46,241 nucleotides of DNA. Origin: Dialister sp. CAG:486. GTDB taxonomy: Bacteria > Bacteroidota > Bacteroidia > Bacteroidales > Paludibacteraceae. The notes beneath the pieces were generated by a model. It searched no databases. It was given only the letters and a program-made list of their open reading frames with translations, and had not been told where the DNA came from. Positions within the stretch are counted from its first letter, which is position 1. The number at the start of each line of letters is the position of its first letter. The stretch spans positions 1-46,241 of the forward strand of contig CAVHGD010000009.1 in the NCBI GenBank assembly GCA_963635385.1. Direction: 5' to 3'. Of this stretch, positions 41,282-46,241 are shown piece by piece. A program made the translations under genes and the position numbers.

Positions 41282-41722
41282 TTATTTTTCCGCTTTGGCG
41301 CGTTTTGGCAGCAATTTATCAATATGGAAGGCGAGGTTTTCCTGAAACTTCTGCGGGTCGGAACGCGCATACTGATAGGCATTCTGCGTCAAATCGTAAA
41401 TGCGGTTGCGACGGGCAACAACCAGTCCCGTCAGCACGATATTGCACTTCGCCGCAATTTTCTGCCCCGTGGACGACGCCAAATCCACCTTATAGAATAT
41501 CACATCACCTTTGTCCATCTGCACCTGATACTGCTTGGCAAGCAGGTTTTCGGTGAGGAACATGGTCTGATTGCTCACATCCGTAGGCATACGGCTGTCG
41601 TAGAAATAATAGACCTGCACACTGCCCGTATGAGCCACAGGGCGCGGTTGGTTGGCTCCCCGCTCGTTGCTGAACGAGAGCGAGAGCAGCAACATGACAT
41701 AGTACCAAAACGAGATGTTCAT
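41282..41722 (-). CDS. Hypothetical exported protein
   Basis: It has an N-terminal hydrophobic signal-like segment (MNISFWYYVMLLLSLSF). An alternative start lies at 41731. I recognised no family. Confidence 0.5.
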   Translation of the reverse strand: MNISFWYYVMLLLSLSFSNERGANQPRPVAHTGSVQVYYFYDSRMPTDVSNQTMFLTENLLAKQYQVQMDKGDVIFYKVDLASSTGQKIAAKCNIVLTGLVVARRNRIYDLTQNAYQYARSDPQKFQENLAFHIDKLLPKRAKAEK

Positions 41723-41733
41723 CTGTATCAACT

Positions 41734-41863
41734 AAGAATTAACAATTAATAATCTATGTGCGTAGAGGGTATTTTCCTTGGTTTTTCCTTGGTTTTACCT
41801 TGTGCTTATGCTGTAGATGCTGAATGCGTAAATTAACAATTAATAATTAACAATTAACATGCA
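41734..41863 (+). repeat. Composite repeat (copy B): AATTAACAATTAATAA - TTTTCCTTGGTTTTTCC...TTACCTTGTG - AATTAACAATTAATAATTAACAATTAACATGCA
   Basis: The 18-mer core lies at 41845-41862, the 17-mer at 41772-41788 and TTACCTTGTG at 41795-41804, all read directly. Confidence 0.85.
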
Positions 41864-41973
41864 AAGTATGATGTCGGCTTTATACTATATCTACCTTGTA
41901 TCCTCCTTATTCCTCCTTGCAAATAAGGCGACACATCATTGCACTTATGTTTGCTCCTAACGGCACGCCCCTC

Positions 41974-42891
41974 TTACTTCAGCGAGACAAATCGGTAGTT
42001 GATTTGGCTGCCCATTTCCACCACCATATAGTATGGATGCGGTTCCGGGTCTTGGCAAGTATTGACAATGATACACGTGGTACCCGCATAGTTTGTCACT
42101 TGGCGGCTATGGTCGTGCCCGCACCAATACATATCAACGCCGTACTTCCCCATCAGCCCCGTAATCTCGTACGTTTCCTCCATCGCATAGTTGGAGGTAT
42201 GCCCCTGCGAGGCGTCCTGCTTGTAGAGATGGGTGTGCGTAAAGAGAATAATATGGCGATAGTGCTGTTTGCTCTTGTCTTTCAGCAAGTTACGTAGCCA
42301 TTTGAGTTGCGCCGTACCGAGCGTGCCTTCTGCCGAATCGAAAGAGATATAAAGGTCAAGCTTCTCCCCCGTAGTATGGTCGTAAGTGTCAAACCAATAC
42401 GCTGAAGTGTGAAAACGGGAACGGAAATCCGCCCACTGATTGAAATAGATGTCGTGGTTGCCGGGCGTGATAAACAGCGTATCGTGGTGCGACACAGCAG
42501 GTTCGGTCTGCAGCACCTGATAGGCGTTTTCGTAATAATGCGCATTGATAAGGTCGCCCAAATGGATGGCAAAGGAGCAAAGGGTGTCCGTCTTGTAGTC
42601 CAACACAAAACGCTCTAAGTTATGGTGCGTGGTGTCGATATGCGAGTCGGTGCAGACATAGACCCGGTAGTCGGCGGGAACGGCAAGGTGCATCTCGCCC
42701 CGCTGCTCGTTGTACGCCATCGACTCCGAGAAACGAGTTGCCACCTCCGGACTCGTACCATTGAACATACCCGGAACATCATAATTCGGCATACTGCAGG
42801 CCGCCAAGAGAAGTGTTGCTAACGGCAAGAGAATGTGTAGTTTATCTCTCAACGCAAGATAGAAAAGTCGTATATTATGAGGATTTTGCAT
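41974..42891 (-). CDS. Metallophosphoesterase (calcineurin-like) lipoprotein
   Basis: 305 aa. It has a LLAAC lipobox-like signal and the motifs VCTDSHID, HLGDLI, GNHD, FTHTH and CGHDH. Confidence 0.85.
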   Translation of the reverse strand: MQNPHNIRLFYLALRDKLHILLPLATLLLAACSMPNYDVPGMFNGTSPEVATRFSESMAYNEQRGEMHLAVPADYRVYVCTDSHIDTTHHNLERFVLDYKTDTLCSFAIHLGDLINAHYYENAYQVLQTEPAVSHHDTLFITPGNHDIYFNQWADFRSRFHTSAYWFDTYDHTTGEKLDLYISFDSAEGTLGTAQLKWLRNLLKDKSKQHYRHIILFTHTHLYKQDASQGHTSNYAMEETYEITGLMGKYGVDMYWCGHDHSRQVTNYAGTTCIIVNTCQDPEPHPYYMVVEMGSQINYRFVSLK

Positions 42892-42902
42892 AGCGGTTCA
42901 AG

Positions 42903-43649
42903 TTAGAAAGTGTACGTAAAACCGGTGCGGAGATAGGCGGCGTAGAAAGTGGCATTGAGGTGAAACATACCCGTCGGTTTGCACTCCGCCGACAGCAGTA
43001 CCCGCCAATGCGAATCGACATCGTAGTGCCCGCCGAGCAGGAAAATGGGTTGCCACATACGCTCCATTTGGTAGTCGTCGATATTGGCCATACAAGCGGA
43101 GATATTCCAGCGGCAAGTCTGCGGACGGCAGAACACCTCAAAGCGATAGAGCAGATTGAACGGCTCGCAGTTGAACACCTCCGTCGTGCGCCATTCTCTG
43201 TCCCAAGACGCCATCACACGGCTGAACATACCCACTTGCACCGACACATAGTCCATCCGATAGCCCACGGATAGGGCCGTGCAGAGGTCGTGCTGACGGC
43301 TACGCGCTACAGCTTTGTAGAGCAACTCCGTCTCGGCAAATAGTTCGCCGACGGGCAAAGCAAAACGAGGGCGCAATATAGCAGCCCCCGTATAGACATT
43401 GGCGGTGGATAGTTGGAAATTGACCTGCAAATCGAAATGCGGGTTGATGGGCATAAGCGACTGAATATCAAGATTGCCGTAATGCTCCCAAGTACGATTG
43501 TAGGCATACTCGCCCATCACGGAGAGTTGGTAGCCCTGCGTGCCGAAGCCCCGCAGCGAATGACCGTCTCGAGCGGTGTATTCTTTCGGCGCAGCCCACA
43601 GCCCAACCGCAAGAAGCCAAGCGAAAAGAGTAGATAAAACTTTATGCAT
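42903..43649 (-). CDS. Hypothetical outer-membrane beta-barrel-like protein
   Basis: 248 aa. It has a signal peptide (LLAVGLWAAP), an alternating hydrophobic pattern, and a C-terminal ...GFTYTF aromatic end. Confidence 0.5.
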   Translation of the reverse strand: MHKVLSTLFAWLLAVGLWAAPKEYTARDGHSLRGFGTQGYQLSVMGEYAYNRTWEHYGNLDIQSLMPINPHFDLQVNFQLSTANVYTGAAILRPRFALPVGELFAETELLYKAVARSRQHDLCTALSVGYRMDYVSVQVGMFSRVMASWDREWRTTEVFNCEPFNLLYRFEVFCRPQTCRWNISACMANIDDYQMERMWQPIFLLGGHYDVDSHWRVLLSAECKPTGMFHLNATFYAAYLRTGFTYTF

Positions 43650-43847
43650 TCGTATATCTTTTTACCGTATTGGATGGCGTATCGGTAGTAAATCGTTCTA
43701 ACGTGCTGATATTCTGCAATATATATAGCAAAACTATCTTATACTAAATGATTCCACTTCCGATTTTCAAAGAATATCGGGAGTAGAGCTTCCAATTTTT
43801 CGAGAAAATTAGGAGTAGCACTTCCGCTATTCAAAGAATATCAAGCG

Positions 43848-43879
43848 CAAAGGTACAGATTTTTCTCCGTTTGGACAAA
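43848..43879 (-). promoter_or_regulatory. Canonical minus-strand promoter (TTTG-N20-TACCTTTG) about 190 nt upstream of the 42903-43649 gene
   Basis: Plus-strand CAAAGGTA at 43848-43855 and CAAA at 43876-43879. Confidence 0.5.
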
Positions 43880-43975
43880 TTAGGCAAAAGATTGTTGGAA
43901 AACATCGTAAAACAGCACTACAAAGGTAAAACCATTCACCCTATCGAATGCACAATAGTAGAAATACTATTTCTA

Positions 43976-44003
43976 AAAGAAAAAAGCGGCCACGTGGGTC
44001 GCT
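43976..44003 (-). terminator. Possible minus-strand terminator (GC hairpin around the CCACGTGG palindrome plus U-run)
   Basis: AGCGGCCACGTGGGTCGCT (43985-44003) forms an imperfect hairpin. The plus-strand A-rich run at 43976-43985 gives UUUUUUCUUUU on the minus strand. Confidence 0.35.
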
Positions 44004-44213
44004 ACGACAGTTCAATTAACATCATACCCCTCGCGAGATATCATACGTTCTAATCGCACCGCAGAGATACAGCATTTATCCTACCCGCACAAAAAACTCT
44101 TGCGCTTGGTAAGTATGAAGGCGAGCCACATTGTTAAGAGGTAGTCGCAAAAAGTCCACCTCACGATGGTACACTGGCTTATTCAAACACAAGAGTTATA
44201 AGAATTTACGCTG

Positions 44214-44244
44214 CAAAGATACACCTTTTCTCTCACATTGCAAA
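44214..44244 (-). promoter_or_regulatory. Promoter P1 (TTTG-N19-TATCTTTG)
   Basis: Plus-strand CAAAGATA at 44214-44221 and CAAA at 44241-44244. Confidence 0.5.
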
Positions 44245-44271
44245 ATTTTATCATAAATTTCGCAAAGAAGG

Positions 44272-44306
44272 CGCTAAATAAATGAGAGGAGATAACTCTC
44301 CTCTCA
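44272..44306 (-). terminator. Intrinsic terminator T1
   Basis: TGAGAGGAG (44283-44291) pairs with CTCCTCTCA (44298-44306), loop ATAACT. The minus strand continues UUUAUUUAG. Confidence 0.55.
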
Positions 44307-44416
44307 ATAAGCACACTCACCGTAGTAGCTGCTTTCTCGAATTTAATCGGTTGTTACGATGTGACCCGTGCAAAGGTCGTACAAAGCAAATGGAAAAGAG
44401 AGTTGCACCTCTCAAA
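44275..44416 (-). ncRNA. Candidate ~140-nt small RNA (unit Y1: promoter P2 to terminator T1)
   Basis: It is bounded by a canonical promoter and a hairpin plus U-run on the same strand. The minus-sense segment has no ATG. It has internal hairpins (GAGAG-GUGCAA-CUCUC). It is duplicated as Y2. Confidence 0.35.
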
Positions 44417-44423
44417 TCCACTG

Positions 44424-44454
44424 CAAAGATACACAATTTCTTTCAGATCGCAAA
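44424..44454 (-). promoter_or_regulatory. Promoter P2 (TTTG-N19-TATCTTTG)
   Basis: Plus-strand CAAAGATA at 44424-44431 and CAAA at 44451-44454. Confidence 0.5.
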
Positions 44455-44639
44455 ATTTTACCATAAATTTCGCAAAAAATGGGCGTGCAAAGATACAGCA
44501 TTTATTCCCCCCGCATAAAAAACTCTTGCGCTTGGTAAGTATGAAGGCGAGCCCCATTGTTAAGCGGGGGTCGCAAAAAGTCCACCTCACGATGGTACAC
44601 TGGCTTACTCAAACACAAGAGTTGTAAGAATTTATGTTG

Positions 44640-44670
44640 CAAAGATACACCATTTCTTTCACAACGCAAA
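44640..44670 (-). promoter_or_regulatory. Promoter P3 (TTTG-N19-TATCTTTG)
   Basis: Plus-strand CAAAGATA at 44640-44647 and CAAA at 44667-44670. Confidence 0.5.
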
Positions 44671-44697
44671 ATTTTATCATAAATTCCGCAAAGAATG

Positions 44698-44731
44698 GGA
44701 TAAAAAATGAGAGGAGATAACTCTCCTCTCA
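44698..44731 (-). terminator. Intrinsic terminator T2
   Basis: TGAGAGGAG (44708-44716) pairs with CTCCTCTCA (44723-44731). The minus strand continues UUUUUUAUCCC. Confidence 0.6.
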
Positions 44732-44842
44732 ATAAGTACACTCACCGTAGTGGCTACTTTCACGAACTTAATCGGTTGCTTACGATGTGACCTGTGCAAA
44801 GGTCGGACAAAGCAAGATGGAAATAGAGTTGCACCTCTCAAA
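44700..44842 (-). ncRNA. Candidate ~140-nt small RNA (unit Y2: promoter P4 to terminator T2)
   Basis: It is a paralogous copy of Y1 with the same promoter/terminator architecture. Confidence 0.35.
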
Positions 44843-44849
44843 TCCGCTG

Positions 44850-44881
44850 CAAAGATACACCATTTTTCTCACCCTCGCAAA
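44850..44881 (-). promoter_or_regulatory. Promoter P4 (TTTG-N20-TATCTTTG)
   Basis: Plus-strand CAAAGATA at 44850-44857 and CAAA at 44878-44881. Confidence 0.5.
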
Positions 44882-44973
44882 TCTCGGGACAAAATTGTCG
44901 TACTTTTCCCTATTATTCAGTTTTACAATACTAAAAATTGCGTTTCTAAACGGGAACTATAGCTGAACAAAAA

Positions 44974-45891
44974 CTATGGTTCGTTTATATAATGTTCAAG
45001 TAGGGTCGTTAACTTCTGTGCTCCACACTCATTCAGGTGGTCGGCATCAAAGAAATCGTCCGCTACAAAATTCGAATCCCGTAAACTATTAATATAGACT
45101 ACATTCGGATAACGTTGCTCCCACTGTTGACAAGCGGCTATAAACTCATTGCATTGCTCTTTCTCTAACAGGTCGTAATACGAATGATATGTAGGCGTGG
45201 TAAGCAAAATGACGTTCACTCCTCGCTGCTGACAGTCTTGTAATATGCGCTCAATCCGTTCCATATTGTCTGCCACATATTTTGTATCCGCATGAGTGTG
45301 CCGTTTCGCCGCCCGTACTCCGCTGTCGTATAAAGCAGTATCTCTGTTGGCCTTTGAGTAACCTAAGCCAAATCCATATTGATCGCATGAAATATAGAAA
45401 AGTTTCTCTTTTGACGTCAGCGAGGGTATCACATTGCGTATTTTTCCCTTTGTAGCTAATTCAAGATTATACCGAAACTCTCCCCTGTGGTAGTTGCACC
45501 CCATATAGATGCAATAGCCCTTCACTCGCCAATACTCGCTTCCGTCTTCCAATTCGCTCCGCAGCGAACAATAATCTACCGGCAGAATCACATATTGCAA
45601 CGAATCGCAGCGGGTGGCATATTGAAAATACAGAAAGTAATCGTACTTGATGCTTTGGGATATATAGCCCAAATTAAAAGCAGGGCGAGAAAAGAATTCC
45701 GGACGAATGCCGTAATACCCGTGCGAGGAACCGAAACTAAGTATCTTCACGCACTCTCTGTTTTCCGCCATCCACTGGTCCTCGTAGCTATAATCATTCG
45801 GAATACGCCGCAAAGACCACTCGCAAAAAGCGACCATACACCCAACCGGCAAGAACACGAGAAAAACGACTTGCAATAGAAACTTCTTCAT
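44974..45891 (-). CDS. SGNH/DltD-like membrane-anchored protein, partner of the MBOAT acyltransferase
   Basis: 305 aa. It has an N-terminal TM, FGSSHG (block I Ser-like) and FDADHLN (DxxH block V-like). It lies immediately downstream of the MBOAT gene. Confidence 0.6.
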   Translation of the reverse strand: MKKFLLQVVFLVFLPVGCMVAFCEWSLRRIPNDYSYEDQWMAENRECVKILSFGSSHGYYGIRPEFFSRPAFNLGYISQSIKYDYFLYFQYATRCDSLQYVILPVDYCSLRSELEDGSEYWRVKGYCIYMGCNYHRGEFRYNLELATKGKIRNVIPSLTSKEKLFYISCDQYGFGLGYSKANRDTALYDSGVRAAKRHTHADTKYVADNMERIERILQDCQQRGVNVILLTTPTYHSYYDLLEKEQCNEFIAACQQWEQRYPNVVYINSLRDSNFVADDFFDADHLNECGAQKLTTLLEHYINEP

Positions 45892-45919
45892 TTATGGAAT
45901 TTTTTAGAGGGGCCCTCCG

Positions 45920-46241
45920 TTAGAATTGGAAATAGATAAAGGTCTGCTCCGCCCCCGCATTGACAATGATATAAATCATCAGCACATAATAAATTGCCAA
46001 ACGGACACCCAATGGTTTTATTTTGCTCAGCTCCAAGCCATGCGCTTGATTCCGATTGAGCCATTCCACGCCAAATACAATCAGTATGGCACAGAATAAC
46101 GGAATATAGAACGCCCTGTTTATCAGCCACGGCACCGAAAACAGGCTCTTGCTGCATATCCCCACCACATAACCGCCGAACTGCGTAATCGTATCTGCCC
46201 GAAAGAGAATCCAACCCAAGGCAACAAGCACAAAAGTAACA
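45920..46241 (-). CDS. MBOAT-family O-acyltransferase (AlgI/DltB-like), C-terminal part, truncated by the window end
   Basis: The frame is open to the window edge. It is hydrophobic, has ...GWILFRADT..., and the characteristic C-terminal ...FIYFQF* as I recall it for AlgI/DltB-type proteins. Confidence 0.75.
   Translation of the reverse strand, partial: VTFVLVALGWILFRADTITQFGGYVVGICSKSLFSVPWLINRAFYIPLFCAILIVFGVEWLNRNQAHGLELSKIKPLGVRLAIYYVLMIYIIVNAGAEQTFIYFQF

Larger units (their letters stand above)
44061..44882. repeat. Tandem duplication of a ~424-bp unit (copy 1 at 44061-44484; copy 2 at 44485-~44882)
   Basis: The copies align by eye along their whole length with scattered substitutions (for example ...AAAAAACTCTTGCGCTTGGTAAGTATGAAGGCGAGCC... 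and ...ATGAGAGGAGATAACTCTCCTCTCAATAAG... occur in both). Confidence 0.85.

Noticed and set aside
44282-44962. Small plus-strand ORFs (78, 88 and 70 aa) and minus-strand ORFs (78 and 79 aa) in the tandem-duplication region
   Set aside because: They cross promoter and terminator motifs, are not conserved in frame between the two repeat copies, and have implausible composition (K/R/C/H-rich). The region is better explained as non-coding.
45888-46214. 108-aa minus-strand ORF in an alternative frame to the MBOAT gene
   Set aside because: The overlapping frame (45920 to the window end) has the hydrophobic MBOAT pattern and the characteristic FIYFQF terminus. This frame does not.
1-46241. rRNA, tRNA, tmRNA, RNase P, SRP RNA and riboswitches
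   Set aside because: I scanned the intergenic regions by eye for cloverleaf-like or conserved-core sequences and found none. A proper scan with tRNAscan-SE or Infernal is still needed to exclude them.

Overview
This window is a 46.2 kb chromosomal segment that looks like Bacteroidales (Bacteroidota). The evidence is several TTTG-N19-21-TAnnTTTG promoter boxes, a CarboxypepD_reg-type TonB-dependent receptor followed by a DUF4249-like lipoprotein, a DUF4293-like protein, and a BspA-type LRR protein. The backbone is about 53% GC by hand count of sample lines and is mostly housekeeping. It carries a YidE/YbjL transporter, an Fsr-type MFS, gyrB, a LOG-family gene, kdsA-kdsD, a uridine-kinase-family gene, a SPOR gene, folE, aat-clpA-clpS, class I fumarate hydratase, a degenerate LytM protein, dxr-rseP, an MscS channel, rlmN, a GNAT, an M20 dipeptidase, a metallophosphoesterase, and an MBOAT plus DltD-like pair. 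I found no rRNA, tRNA, CRISPR array, integrase or transposase.

The parts worth a second look are these:
- (1) A tightly coupled four-gene minus-strand operon at 16039-20254 is the best candidate for an undescribed system. It encodes a small MotA/ExbB-like channel with a coiled-coil tail, a MotB/OmpA-like partner, a 701-aa protein with an unknown N-domain plus Sel1 repeats, and a SprT-like HExxH protease. The logic resembles Zorya (a stator unit plus cytoplasmic effectors), but the effectors are different. It sits directly upstream of clpS-clpA-aat.
- (2) A low-GC island (about 35-38% GC, about 20.6-24.9 kb) carries a repeat-rich BspA-like LRR protein, a lipoprotein, and a two-gene module made of a 74-aa protein and a 129-aa protein with an RNxxxH (HEPN-type) motif.
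- (3) A family of short word-like dispersed repeats marks operon boundaries. It includes four perfect copies of the 18-mer AATTAACAATTAACATGC. Two copies are inverted around the fumarate hydratase gene and one lies in frame inside the DUF4293-like CDS.
- (4) A 424-bp tandem duplication at 44061-44882 contains four canonical minus-strand promoters spaced about 211 bp apart. Two promoter-to-terminator units of about 140 nt within it look like small RNA genes.
- (5) A 1.1-kb ORF-free region with a C-depleted, G-tract-rich stretch lies upstream of the fumarase gene.

All coordinates were derived by hand and may be off by a few nt. All family assignments come from motif recognition, not from searches.
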